A stretch of 64,000 nucleotides of DNA from Shigella phage CT01. The DNA lies in the sequence record OK018184. One strand, 5' to 3'. Shown here piece by piece: positions 1 to 8,100 of this stretch. Position numbers and translations under genes: made by a program. The notes below the pieces were generated by a model. That model was not told the origin of the DNA. It made no database searches and was given only the letters and a program-made list of their open reading frames with translations. Each line of letters begins with the position of its first letter. Position 1 is the first letter of the stretch.

Positions 1-7
1 TTATAAA

Positions 8-463
8 TTAAAAGAGGCTGTTCATTATTCGGTAAAGTGAAGGGCCCATCACATATTGCCACTGGGTATGAGGAATAAGAGCAAAAGCATCCATCTCTGG
101 AATCATAACGCCATCTTTATTTTCAAAATAAGACTCGCAATGGCAATTTCTAAACATCTCATGCTCTACTGGAATCGTATAATAAAATAACTGTAAGTCT
201 TTATTACTAGAATATTTAAATACACCTAGGTCTTCTAGAAGGTCTGGATTATAATTGCTAAAGCCAGTCTCTTCTAAACATTCTCTTCGTGCTGCATCTA
301 GCGCGCTTAAATCAGAATTTTCTACACGGCCCTTTGGAATATCCCAGCGATGGGCCATCATTCCAGGCTTACGAGAACCAGTAACCCGTCCCATGAATAA
401 ATCTTTATCTTCTGTCATAAAGATAATACCAGCTGATAGTGTTTTCATTTTAATTTCCTGCAT
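8..463 (-). CDS. nudE: NUDIX hydrolase (NudE-like)
   Basis: 151 aa; Nudix box visible (…RRECLEETG…); position matches T4 e.1/nudE next to the e.2-e.8 small ORFs. Confidence 0.8.
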   Translation of the reverse strand: MQEIKMKTLSAGIIFMTEDKDLFMGRVTGSRKPGMMAHRWDIPKGRVENSDLSALDAARRECLEETGFSNYNPDLLEDLGVFKYSSNKDLQLFYYTIPVEHEMFRNCHCESYFENKDGVMIPEMDAFALIPHTQWQYVMGPSLYRIMNSLF

Positions 464-933
464 TCAGTGATAAAGTTATTTAAATTTTGAGTATATTTCT
501 TTTCATCAAAAATCTTTTGTTGTCTGCGTAGCCGCCATGGCATTTCTATGAACGTGTACCATATCCCAGATAATATTGCTGCTGTAAAAATATTAACAAG
601 TATGGTTAAAAGAATCCAATCTCCTATTCTGTCCATTGGATTTTTTATAAAAAAGTAAAATATGAATGATGTCACAGGAAGACTAATAATATACCACAGA
701 ATCATAATTTTATCTGTGAACCAATCAGCGTTCGTTAACTTAGCGCGACCATTATAAATACACACGAATTTATCATCTGTTGCAGTAGATGGCTTAACTG
801 GTTGATATCCCATTCTAAACTCCCTAATTAACAAATTTTTCATATCTTCGGAACAGCCATTCCAGTCAACTCTATCAACTGGAATGCCATCATCCCCATC
901 ATCTAAATCATACCAGCGAGTTTTTAAAATCAT
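445..933 (-). CDS. small membrane protein (T4 e.x-like region)
   Basis: 162 aa ORF with hydrophobic segments; overlaps neighbours by a few codons, suggesting translational coupling. Confidence 0.5.
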   Translation of the reverse strand: MILKTRWYDLDDGDDGIPVDRVDWNGCSEDMKNLLIREFRMGYQPVKPSTATDDKFVCIYNGRAKLTNADWFTDKIMILWYIISLPVTSFIFYFFIKNPMDRIGDWILLTILVNIFTAAILSGIWYTFIEMPWRLRRQQKIFDEKKYTQNLNNFITECRKLK

Positions 934-1292
934 TTAATTTTCCTACAATCACTCACAAACTCTTCCATTGATTCTTTTTCAATATAAGACATGTAGTTAT
1001 TATATTCCTTTAATTGTATTTTGTAATCCTTTTTTCTTTGCCAATTTATTTTAAAATTATCATAATGAAAATATAGCATGGTGCCAAAGAATGAAAATAA
1101 TGAAATCGCTATAGTATAACGAAGTTCACTCCAAACTTCTATTATATTTACTGTGCCGTCAATGTTTAAAATAAGACAGTCAATTAACAATCCAAAAAGA
1201 CTACCCGCAAGAGCTGCAGCCAACGCCACAGCAAAAATTAAAAATGACTCAGGAAGCGAATATTTGACTTTATTTAGTTTTGGCTTTTGCAT
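930..1292 (-). CDS. small membrane protein
   Basis: 120 aa, two hydrophobic helices (…LIFAVALAAALAGSLFGLLI…); coupled to flanking ORFs. Confidence 0.5.
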   Translation of the reverse strand: MQKPKLNKVKYSLPESFLIFAVALAAALAGSLFGLLIDCLILNIDGTVNIIEVWSELRYTIAISLFSFFGTMLYFHYDNFKINWQRKKDYKIQLKEYNNYMSYIEKESMEEFVSDCRKIK

Positions 1293-1687
1293 CGTGATTC
1301 CTTAACAAATTTCATAATTTCATCAAATTCATATGCAGCAAGTTTAAGCTGGTGTTCCTTTTTAATCTTTTTGCACTGTGCTTTCCAATCACGTACGCGT
1401 TTACGATAATGTCTTCCTTGATACCAGTATCCTACCCAATTTACAGGTACTAATAAAAATGGAACTACTAATGGAAGAATTAATACTGACAGAAATATTA
1501 CACCAGATTCAATATCAGTCATAACGTCTATAACCATTCCAATAATCAATAGAATTACAAATGATATAGCTGTCACAGGACCTATTAATACATCGGTAGA
1601 AATTATCTGGTGCTTTGGTTCATACTTCAAAGGTTTACTTGGAAGGTATAGTAATGGCTTTGACATATTCTCTACATTCCTTAACAA
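1274..1687 (-). CDS. small membrane protein
   Basis: 137 aa with long hydrophobic stretches and a basic C-terminus. Confidence 0.5.
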   Translation of the reverse strand: MLRNVENMSKPLLYLPSKPLKYEPKHQIISTDVLIGPVTAISFVILLIIGMVIDVMTDIESGVIFLSVLILPLVVPFLLVPVNWVGYWYQGRHYRKRVRDWKAQCKKIKKEHQLKLAAYEFDEIMKFVKESRCKSQN

Positions 1688-2249
1688 ATTTTTCTAGTAA
1701 TAAATCGCTTTCAAAATTAGGATTTTCCACGAATTTATCAAAAAGATCATCAATAATAGTCAAGATATTCCTTTTATTAAGAATACGCTTATTTTCATAT
1801 TTTGTTTCAGAGTCAACTATAAGAGTAAAGAAATATTTCTTTCCCTGAAATTTTACCGTAGTATCAATATAAAATAAATTTGACTTTTGTAAATTACGTC
1901 TAAACCACGCGTCACTTAAACTATAAACGCCAAGATAATCATAATCGTCATTTAAATAACAAACTGTCCATTCAGGAGAAATGAAATCAGTAAATTCAAC
2001 ATCAAAATCACACGTCAATGAATGAATTGATTCAATACTGTTAATGAGTATTCCAGGACGTATTAAAGACTTTTTACCTCTAGAAAATCTTCCAGAAAGA
2101 CTTTCATCAGTTTCATATGAAGACCCCCAATAGTAATTACGTCCTTCTGCCATACGTTTAAGAGCATTTAGTAATTGGTCTGGAACATCAACCTGTCTTT
2201 GGAACTCTTCAAACATTGAATTGAAATCACTTTGCATTTTCATTTTCAT
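1635..2249 (-). CDS. hypothetical protein (accessory)
   Basis: 204 aa ORF, same strand as the surrounding operon; no motif recognised. Confidence 0.5.
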   Translation of the reverse strand: MKMKMQSDFNSMFEEFQRQVDVPDQLLNALKRMAEGRNYYWGSSYETDESLSGRFSRGKKSLIRPGILINSIESIHSLTCDFDVEFTDFISPEWTVCYLNDDYDYLGVYSLSDAWFRRNLQKSNLFYIDTTVKFQGKKYFFTLIVDSETKYENKRILNKRNILTIIDDLFDKFVENPNFESDLLLEKFVKECREYVKAITIPSK

Positions 2250-2267
2250 TCCTATTTACTCCAAGTA

Positions 2268-2287
2268 TAAGGGGCCGAAGCCCCTTA
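2268..2287 (-). terminator. GC-rich hairpin between accessory genes
   Basis: taaggggccgaagcccctta hairpin between ORFs 1635-2249 and 2291-2884. Confidence 0.35.
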
Positions 2288-2290
2288 TCA

Positions 2291-2884
2291 TTATTTCAGA
2301 GAATTAATGTATTCCTGAACATCGGCAGAGGTAGTTTCAACCCCGGAAATATTACCGTTAAAGGTTTCAACTCGAGCAAGAGTATCTTCAATATCAACCT
2401 TAGTTAGCGCTGCAATTTCAACTACATCATCGGCAGTACTAATTCCAAGGGCATTTGCCGCACGAGTTTCACGGATATATTCCAATTTAACCGCAAGTTC
2501 TTGGCGAGCATCATCTAACTCAACTACTTTCTTGGCGATTTCAATTCGCATTTCAGCATAACCATCAGCTTTAGTAGTCAACTGCTCAGCTGTTCGACGA
2601 TATAGTAAACCGAGCTTAGCATGCATTGTTACATCTTGACCTTCGGAAAGAAGTTTGCGAATTTCACACTCTTTTGATTCGGCTTGTCGATTCTTTTCGA
2701 TAACAAGTTCACGAATACGTTTTTCTTCATTAATAGATTTAACAGAAGCAGTTTTTAGGTCTTTAATTTTATCAAGAAGTTTTGCTGCTGCAGCAGTATA
2801 CTGTTCTTCAACAGATAGATTTTTAGCCATAGCAGAACCAAGTTTAGTGCGAATAAACTCAACAATTTTCTTCAGTGTGTTCAT
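2291..2884 (-). CDS. PspA/IM30-like coiled-coil protein
   Basis: 197 aa, highly helical and charged; by eye resembles the PspA core (…[16 protein letters not shown]… vs PspA …[22 protein letters not shown]…). Confidence 0.45.
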   Translation of the reverse strand: MNTLKKIVEFIRTKLGSAMAKNLSVEEQYTAAAAKLLDKIKDLKTASVKSINEEKRIRELVIEKNRQAESKECEIRKLLSEGQDVTMHAKLGLLYRRTAEQLTTKADGYAEMRIEIAKKVVELDDARQELAVKLEYIRETRAANALGISTADDVVEIAALTKVDIEDTLARVETFNGNISGVETTSADVQEYINSLK

Positions 2885-2927
2885 AGTATTTCCTTAGGTT
2901 GATTAAAAATTAAAATCTGTGGAAGAA

Positions 2928-3458
2928 TTATATCATGCTATTTAAGAGATGTAAACTATTTTTAATTTTACAAATTCGTTCAGCTTCTTCAACAGCGGCG
3001 GCGATAATGCTTTTAGCTATAGGAGTACTAATACTAGTAGCTTTTACACTTAACACGATTTCTTTATCTTTACCAGGCCAACCCCACGATTTTTCACCGT
3101 GAGTGCCTTTAATTACAGCAGACACCTCAAGTGAGCATCCATTATCATATGTTTTTACATTGACAACCCAAGGTTCACTTTTCTCAATCGGTTTCTCAAT
3201 CGGTTTATCCCAGTAAATATTAAGAATACGTGGGACATCAAATTTGGCAGGACAAATCTTAACTGTAAGACCTTCGCTTTCTAGCCAATTAATAAGAGGG
3301 CGTTCATACAGGCGACGATGTGGGCTTGGGATTCGACAAGCCTTATGTCCGTTGCTTGCGGCTTCACTAAGCTGTTCTAATACCTGCTTTTGCATTATTG
3401 ATAAGATACCATCAAAAGATTTTTCGGAAGTTTCATTCAGTTCGGTATAAAGAGACAT
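2928..3458 (-). CDS. hypothetical protein (accessory)
   Basis: 176 aa ORF; internal PIEKPIEK duplication; early-type promoter motif upstream. Confidence 0.5.
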   Translation of the reverse strand: MSLYTELNETSEKSFDGILSIMQKQVLEQLSEAASNGHKACRIPSPHRRLYERPLINWLESEGLTVKICPAKFDVPRILNIYWDKPIEKPIEKSEPWVVNVKTYDNGCSLEVSAVIKGTHGEKSWGWPGKDKEIVLSVKATSISTPIAKSIIAAAVEEAERICKIKNSLHLLNSMI

Positions 3459-3483
3459 AACAGTTTCCTCAAATTATAGGCTC

Positions 3484-3513
3484 ATAATATCTCAATCATG
3501 AGCCTATGTAAAC
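3484..3513 (-). promoter_or_regulatory. early-type sigma70 promoter (minus strand) within an inverted repeat
   Basis: minus strand reads GTTTACA, 17-nt spacer, TATTAT; overlaps a perfect 10-bp inverted repeat. Confidence 0.4.
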
Positions 3514-3831
3514 TTATTTCATATTATTAAAATATTCTTCTGCGATTTCGTCGTTATCATGGTAAACTTTAGAAGACAGTTTAACATAACCTTCAGCAGT
3601 GAACATGTTAATCACAACCTTTACAGTATACCACTGACCATCTTCATTACCCATTACTGCGTAAGTTTCAAACATCGGATGGTCAGGACCGATAACTTTA
3701 ATATCATTCACTGTACGACCGAAATCTTCTGAAACGCATTTCATAAAGAAGTTGAACAGTTCGCCGTAATTATCCATTTCATTCTCCAAGTTGTTTTTCT
3801 GTATCAGTAGTTGATAGTTGTATAGTACCAT
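3514..3831 (-). CDS. hypothetical protein (accessory)
   Basis: 105 aa ORF on the operon strand. Confidence 0.45.
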   Translation of the reverse strand: MVLYNYQLLIQKNNLENEMDNYGELFNFFMKCVSEDFGRTVNDIKVIGPDHPMFETYAVMGNEDGQWYTVKVVINMFTAEGYVKLSSKVYHDNDEIAEEYFNNMK

Positions 3832-4017
3832 GGAAGAACGGGGATGTAAACCGTTTTGTGAAAAAATTTTTAAAAAGTTTTAGGGAATTCTAGGGCAGGG
3901 ATGGGCAATTAAAAGGTAGGATAATATATTATAAAGGGTATAAACTAAATGATGCCTAGAGAGGTCTGGAAAGGCCTAGATACCAAAAAGCCCTATCATT
4001 TAGATAGGGATTTAAAA

Positions 4018-4506
4018 TTATTTACCTAGTTTAGTTATTATAGCTTCGGCAGCAGCTTTTAGCTTAGATGCAGTGTTAATACGATTTTTAATTTCAGTAT
4101 AAGCATCGCCAAGAACATCAAGGCTATCAGAATAAACACTTACACTATTGCGTTCGCTATTTGAAATAGAACCTTTAGTTTTACGATCAAAATCGGTATA
4201 CACGTCTTGAAGATCACGGGCTGCCTTCTTTGCATCATCCAATGCATCAAGAGCTTTATTCAAAGCATTGACATATTTTTTAGTGTCAAACATATTCTTA
4301 GAAATTTTGAAAAATGCTTTATTGAAATTATTTTCTTGACTCATCGTAAAAGAACTATTATCGATGTTATACATTTCAATAGCTTTAGCTTTCCACTTAA
4401 GAAAATCGCCCCGGTCTTTTGGGTCCAAGTGGAAGAATACTTTAGTAAGATCTGCTTCAGATGGTAATTTTGCTGCTTCGGTTAAAAATTCGGCATAAGT
4501 TTTCAT
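4018..4506 (-). CDS. internal-protein-like protein with capsid targeting sequence
   Basis: 162 aa; N-terminus MKTYAEFLTE matches the T4 internal-protein CTS and ends in an L-x-E site of the kind cut by the gp21 prohead protease. Confidence 0.55.
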   Translation of the reverse strand: MKTYAEFLTEAAKLPSEADLTKVFFHLDPKDRGDFLKWKAKAIEMYNIDNSSFTMSQENNFNKAFFKISKNMFDTKKYVNALNKALDALDDAKKAARDLQDVYTDFDRKTKGSISNSERNSVSVYSDSLDVLGDAYTEIKNRINTASKLKAAAEAIITKLGK

Positions 4507-4591
4507 TTAAAATCCTTGAAATAATTTATTGGTTATTAATTATTTATCACGTTGTTATCATCCATGTTAGCATTCTCTGAGTGATTCAAAC

Positions 4592-4620
4592 TAAAAAGCC
4601 CCAACCTTTCGGTCGGGGCT
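4592..4620 (-). terminator. GC-rich hairpin plus T-run on minus strand
   Basis: agcccc…ggggct stem followed by a T-run on the minus strand. Confidence 0.4.
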
Positions 4621-4624
4621 AAGC

Positions 4625-4764
4625 CTTGCGGCAACCTTGTCGGGGTTCCACCTGCTAAGGCAAGTGTTTGTACGAAACGCCGGGATTCGAACCCGGTTAT
4701 TAAGTAGTTGACGCTACTCAATATTTTTAAAAGGCCATATCTCGACCATATCCGAACGTTCCGT
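4625..4764 (-). ncRNA. tRNA-like structured RNA(s), possibly rnaC/rnaD-like
   Basis: canonical T-arm ccggg-ATTCGAA-cccgg (plus strand 4680-4696) and a 7-bp acceptor-like pairing between 4673-4679 and 4757-4763; no clean anticodon/D arm resolved. Confidence 0.3.
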
Positions 4765-4926
4765 CAAAAACGCTACTCGGCTTACGGCAAAGATATTTCC
4801 TCGAATCGATAATTCGGTGCGCCGTTTCTGCTGTGATAGTAAAGAATCAGAACACAGTAAAACTGTGGGAGAAACTATACTCCAGGGAACATCAGTCCGA
4901 CGACTTACCGGTAGCGACCCGGTTTC

Positions 4927-5277
4927 TTAGTATTCTTTTAAAGCATCAACCTGTCCACGACGTTTACGCCATAAATCAATTACTTCATACGCAGATTCAG
5001 CATTTCGAATTGGACGGCATTTATATAAAGACTTGTGATTTTGATATTGTGTAGATAATGGAATTTTATCTAAAAGGTCTTTACGTTCAAAGTATTCGTA
5101 ACCATCTAAACCAAATGAACGATTTTTGAGAAATTGCCAATGACCGTATTCGTTTTCGACATAAACATAATCTGCATGCTGATAAAGTAAATTAATTACA
5201 CGTTCAGAAATAACAGTGTCATTGTGATTAAAATAGAATGTTAAATCATGAACTACTAAATAAACATTACCTTTCAT
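4927..5277 (-). CDS. hypothetical protein within the tRNA region
   Basis: 116 aa ORF between the small-RNA region and tRNA-Arg; no endonuclease motif seen. Confidence 0.4.
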   Translation of the reverse strand: MKGNVYLVVHDLTFYFNHNDTVISERVINLLYQHADYVYVENEYGHWQFLKNRSFGLDGYEYFERKDLLDKIPLSTQYQNHKSLYKCRPIRNAESAYEVIDLWRKRRGQVDALKEY

Positions 5278-5293
5278 ATTTTCCTCACTTAAT

Positions 5294-5369
5294 TGGTCGA
5301 GGCAGTAGGGATCGAACCTACGACCTAGGACTTAGAAGGTCCTTGCTCTTCCTTCTGAGCTATGCCTCG
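5294..5369 (-). tRNA. tRNA-Arg (anticodon UCU)
   Basis: manual cloverleaf: acceptor 5298-5304/5363-5369, T arm gtagg-gatcgaa-cctac, anticodon loop CUUCUAA, CCA encoded. Confidence 0.7.
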
Positions 5370-5373
5370 GATT

Positions 5374-5448
5374 TGGCGGACGTGATAGGATTCGAACCTA
5401 TAACCAATCGCTTAACAGGCGATCGCTCTGCCATTGAGCTACACATCC
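5374..5448 (-). tRNA. tRNA-Asn (anticodon GUU)
   Basis: manual cloverleaf: acceptor ggacgtg/cacatcc, T arm atagg-attcgaa-cctat, anticodon loop CUGUUAA, D stem gctc/gagc, CCA encoded. Confidence 0.7.
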
Positions 5449-5452
5449 AAAT

Positions 5453-5539
5453 TGGTGGGGAGTGGTGGAGTCGAACCACCCGAGTCGCAATGACAATGGA
5501 TTTACAGTCCACACCGCTACCTCTACGGGATAACTCCCC
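5453..5539 (-). tRNA. tRNA-Tyr (anticodon GUA), type II
   Basis: acceptor ggggagt/actcccc, T arm ggtgg-agtcgaa-ccacc, long variable arm, anticodon loop CUGUAAA. Confidence 0.6.
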
Positions 5540-5548
5540 AAATTAATT

Positions 5549-5623
5549 TGGTGGCCCTGGGTGGAATTGAACCACCATCTGGCGATTATGAGTCGCTTGC
5601 TTGAACCTTCCAGCTACAGGGCC
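5549..5623 (-). tRNA. tRNA with CAU anticodon (Ile2 or Met), copy 1
   Basis: acceptor ggccctg/cagggcc, T arm ggtgg-aattgaa-ccacc, anticodon loop CUCAUAA; position matches T4 tRNA-Ile. Confidence 0.6.
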
Positions 5624-5624
5624 T

Positions 5625-5700
5625 TGGTGCTGATTGACGGAATCGAACCGCCGACCTTCTCATTACAAGTGAGTTGCTCTACCTACTGAGCTAAATCAGC
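5625..5700 (-). tRNA. tRNA-Thr (UGU), copy 1
   Basis: acceptor gctgatt/aatcagc, anticodon loop CUUGUAA. Confidence 0.7.
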
Positions 5701-5705
5701 AAAAC

Positions 5706-5795
5706 TGGCGGAGGCGATAGGATTTGAACCTATGAGTCGCCGGAGCGACTGCCGGTTTTCAAGACCGGTGCATTAAACCACTCTGCCACGCCTCC
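5706..5795 (-). tRNA. tRNA-Ser (UGA), type II, copy 1
   Basis: acceptor ggaggcg/cgcctcc, long variable arm, anticodon loop CUUGAAA. Confidence 0.7.
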
Positions 5796-5797
5796 AG

Positions 5798-5871
5798 TCT
5801 CCATACAAGGATTTGAACCTTGGACCTCCTGATCCCAAATCAGGCGCTCTACCAAACTGAGCTACACGGAG
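5798..5871 (-). tRNA. tRNA-Pro (UGG), copy 1
   Basis: acceptor ctccata/cacggag (two G-U pairs), anticodon loop UUUGGGA; CCA not encoded. Confidence 0.6.
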
Positions 5872-5881
5872 TAAATTAAAT

Positions 5882-5955
<74 letters not shown>

Positions 5956-5960
5956 AAATT

Positions 5961-6047
5961 TGGTGCGAGAAGTGGGACTCGAACCCACAAGGAAATCATT
6001 CCGCAGCATTTTAAGTGCTGTGCCTTTACCAATTTGACCATTCTCGC
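5961..6047 (-). tRNA. tRNA-Leu (UAA), type II, copy 1
   Basis: acceptor gcgagaa/ttctcgc, T arm gtggg-actcgaa-cccac, long variable arm, anticodon loop CUUAAAA. Confidence 0.7.
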
Positions 6048-6048
6048 G

Positions 6049-6115
6049 CTGGGAATAAAGGACTCGAACCTTTGCATCCTGGAATCAAAATCCAGTGCCT
6101 TACCAATAACTCCCC
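6049..6115 (-). pseudogene. chimeric pseudo-tRNA at duplication junction (tRNA-Gln 3' body fused to tRNA-Tyr 5' end)
   Basis: Gln T arm and anticodon arm intact to 6106, then the sequence switches to the tRNA-Tyr 5' terminus; D-stem 5' strand lost and acceptor strands no longer pair. Confidence 0.6.
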
Positions 6116-6124
6116 AAATTAATT

Positions 6125-6199
6125 TGGTGGCCCTGGGTGGAATTGAACCACCATCTGGCGATTATGAGTCGCTTGCTTGAACCTTCCAGCTACAGGGCC
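6125..6199 (-). tRNA. tRNA with CAU anticodon (Ile2 or Met), copy 2
   Basis: identical to copy 1, offset +576. Confidence 0.6.
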
Positions 6200-6200
6200 T

Positions 6201-6276
6201 TGGTGCTGATTGACGGAATCGAACCGCCGACCTTCTCATTACAAGTGAGTTGCTCTACCTACTGAGCTAAATCAGC
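6201..6276 (-). tRNA. tRNA-Thr (UGU), copy 2
   Basis: identical to copy 1, offset +576. Confidence 0.7.
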
Positions 6277-6281
6277 AAAAC

Positions 6282-6371
6282 TGGCGGAGGCGATAGGATT
6301 TGAACCTATGAGTCGCCGGAGCGACTGCCGGTTTTCAAGACCGGTGCATTAAACCACTCTGCCACGCCTCC
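6282..6371 (-). tRNA. tRNA-Ser (UGA), copy 2
   Basis: identical to copy 1, offset +576. Confidence 0.7.
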
Positions 6372-6373
6372 AG

Positions 6374-6447
6374 TCTCCATACAAGGATTTGAACCTTGGA
6401 CCTCCTGATCCCAAATCAGGCGCTCTACCAAACTGAGCTACACGGAG
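6374..6447 (-). tRNA. tRNA-Pro (UGG), copy 2
   Basis: identical to copy 1, offset +576. Confidence 0.6.
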
Positions 6448-6457
6448 TAAATTAAAT

Positions 6458-6531
<74 letters not shown>

Positions 6532-6536
6532 AAATT

Positions 6537-6623
6537 TGGTGCGAGAAGTGGGACTCGAACCCACAAGGAAATCATTCCGCAGCATTTTAAGTGCTGTGCC
6601 TTTACCAATTTGACCATTCTCGC
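6537..6623 (-). tRNA. tRNA-Leu (UAA), copy 2
   Basis: identical to copy 1, offset +576. Confidence 0.7.
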
Positions 6624-6624
6624 G

Positions 6625-6697
6625 CTGGGAATAAAGGACTCGAACCTTTGCATCCTGGAATCAAAATCCAGTGCCTTACCAACTTGGCTAATTCCCA
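6625..6697 (-). tRNA. tRNA-Gln (UUG), the only intact copy
   Basis: acceptor tgggaat/attccca, T arm aaagg-actcgaa-ccttt, anticodon loop UUUUGAU. Confidence 0.7.
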
Positions 6698-6794
6698 ATT
6701 ATTAACAAAGGCTCTCAAACAAGAACCCTTGATGATAGAGGGTATTAATCAGTGCGATATGAGTTAATAATAACAAATAATTCTTAAAGCATAT

Positions 6795-7082
6795 TTACCA
6801 TTTATGATAATACATATTTACGATGCATTCAAGACCCAAAGGATTCTTGAAAATATCATATTCAAGAGGACCTTTTTCCGTTTCAATAAAGAAATCAAAA
6901 TTTACTGTATTAAATTTACGGTCTTCCTTCACTAATTTAACTTGAGAAGATGAACGATCAATGTAAACCTTTTCAACTTCAAAACATGTTAAAATGCCAT
7001 AATCATCAATCAAGGCTTTAGCTGCTTCTTGATCATATTTATATCCATTTTCAATGGATGATACTTTCGCATAAAGAATCAT
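6795..7082 (-). CDS. hypothetical protein
   Basis: 95 aa ORF on the operon strand between the tRNA cluster and ipI. Confidence 0.45.
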   Translation of the reverse strand: MILYAKVSSIENGYKYDQEAAKALIDDYGILTCFEVEKVYIDRSSSQVKLVKEDRKFNTVNFDFFIETEKGPLEYDIFKNPLGLECIVNMYYHKW

Positions 7083-7084
7083 TA

Positions 7085-7489
7085 TTAACCTTTATCAACA
7101 ATAGTATGTGTATGGGCATTTACGATTTGCCACCAGTCAAAACTATCGCCAAATCGTTTTGATTTATTGTCTTCAATAATTTGGCGTAATTCATCTTCTG
7201 TTTCAGCATACGCAATCAAATCATCATATCCACCGCAAGGATAGTAATTATCGCCTGCGAACAAAAGAAAATTTACTTTAGATGGGTCTACATAATAATG
7301 CTCTTTAGGATATTTAGTTCCTTTCCAATCAGTTACTTCAACATAACGATAAGAAAATCCATTTTTACTTTCAACCCAACTCCACGCTTCAAAAGGAGTA
7401 TTAAAAACTCTATCAGGTATTAAATTACCTTCAAAATGAGAAGGATTTGCATAATCCCCAGCATAAACATAATATTCGTTAATATTCAT
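7085..7489 (-). CDS. hypothetical protein
   Basis: 134 aa ORF, aromatic-rich; stop adjoins the next start. Confidence 0.5.
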   Translation of the reverse strand: MNINEYYVYAGDYANPSHFEGNLIPDRVFNTPFEAWSWVESKNGFSYRYVEVTDWKGTKYPKEHYYVDPSKVNFLLFAGDNYYPCGGYDDLIAYAETEDELRQIIEDNKSKRFGDSFDWWQIVNAHTHTIVDKG

Positions 7490-7675
7490 TTATTCACCTT
7501 TAGAAATTTTATCCATAACAATAGCGATTAAACCAATTAAAAATGCTACTACAAGTGAAAAAACATTTTCTGCTGTAGTCAATAATCCACATATAAATCC
7601 AACAAACATTGAAAAACTAAAAGCAGAAGCAGAAATTGCAATAGCAACATTTCGAATTAATTCACAACGTTTCAT
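7490..7675 (-). CDS. small membrane protein
   Basis: 61 aa, single long hydrophobic segment; early-type promoter and GAGGAG RBS upstream. Confidence 0.4.
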   Translation of the reverse strand: MKRCELIRNVAIAISASAFSFSMFVGFICGLLTTAENVFSLVVAFLIGLIAIVMDKISKGE

Positions 7676-7704
7676 TTTATTCTCCTCAGTAGTTGATAGG
7701 GTAA

Positions 7705-7734
7705 TAGTATCACAACTAAAACCCTATGTAAACA
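7705..7734 (-). promoter_or_regulatory. early-type sigma70 promoter (minus strand)
   Basis: minus strand reads GTTTACA, 17-nt spacer, TACTAT; embedded in a 20-bp motif repeated at 8094-8113. Confidence 0.4.
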
Positions 7735-7751
7735 ACTTTGTGAAATATTTA

Positions 7752-8039
7752 TTACAAAAGATTTTTAGCAATAATCTTGAGATGTGCCGCAGAAATGTGT
7801 TTAGCTTTAAACAACGCAGTTTCTTCAGCAGGAGAGATAATGATTGTAGCACCATCCTTTTTAGCAGACCACCCATCACCTAGGTAAACAGTACCTTTGA
7901 TTTCTTCGCCATCAACCAAACTAATCATTGGTTTACCTTCTCGTCCTTTATTTGCTTTAATAACTTCAGAAGTAAGAGTAGCTTCAGTAATAGTAGAAAC
8001 CGGGGTAGTTGTAGAAGTAAATTCTTTGAAAGTTTTCAT
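7752..8039 (-). CDS. ipI: internal protein I precursor
   Basis: 95 aa; N-terminal 19-aa CTS MKTFKEFTSTTTPVSTITE ending in an I-x-E protease site; size and position match T4 IPI. Confidence 0.7.
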   Translation of the reverse strand: MKTFKEFTSTTTPVSTITEATLTSEVIKANKGREGKPMISLVDGEEIKGTVYLGDGWSAKKDGATIIISPAEETALFKAKHISAAHLKIIAKNLL

Positions 8040-8069
8040 TTTATTTTCCTAATTAATTTTGATGAGATA

Positions 8070-8100
8070 ATAGTATCACTACCTCATCAACGTGTAAACA
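8070..8100 (-). promoter_or_regulatory. early-type sigma70 promoter (minus strand) upstream of ipI
   Basis: minus strand reads GTTTACA, 18-nt spacer, TACTAT; same 20-bp motif as at 7728-7747. Confidence 0.4.

Noticed and set aside
4536-5054. Track ORFs 4536-4721(-) and 4833-5054(+)
   Set aside because: They overlap the tRNA-like structured RNA region and the better-supported minus-strand ORF 4927-5277; no RBS or coding support.
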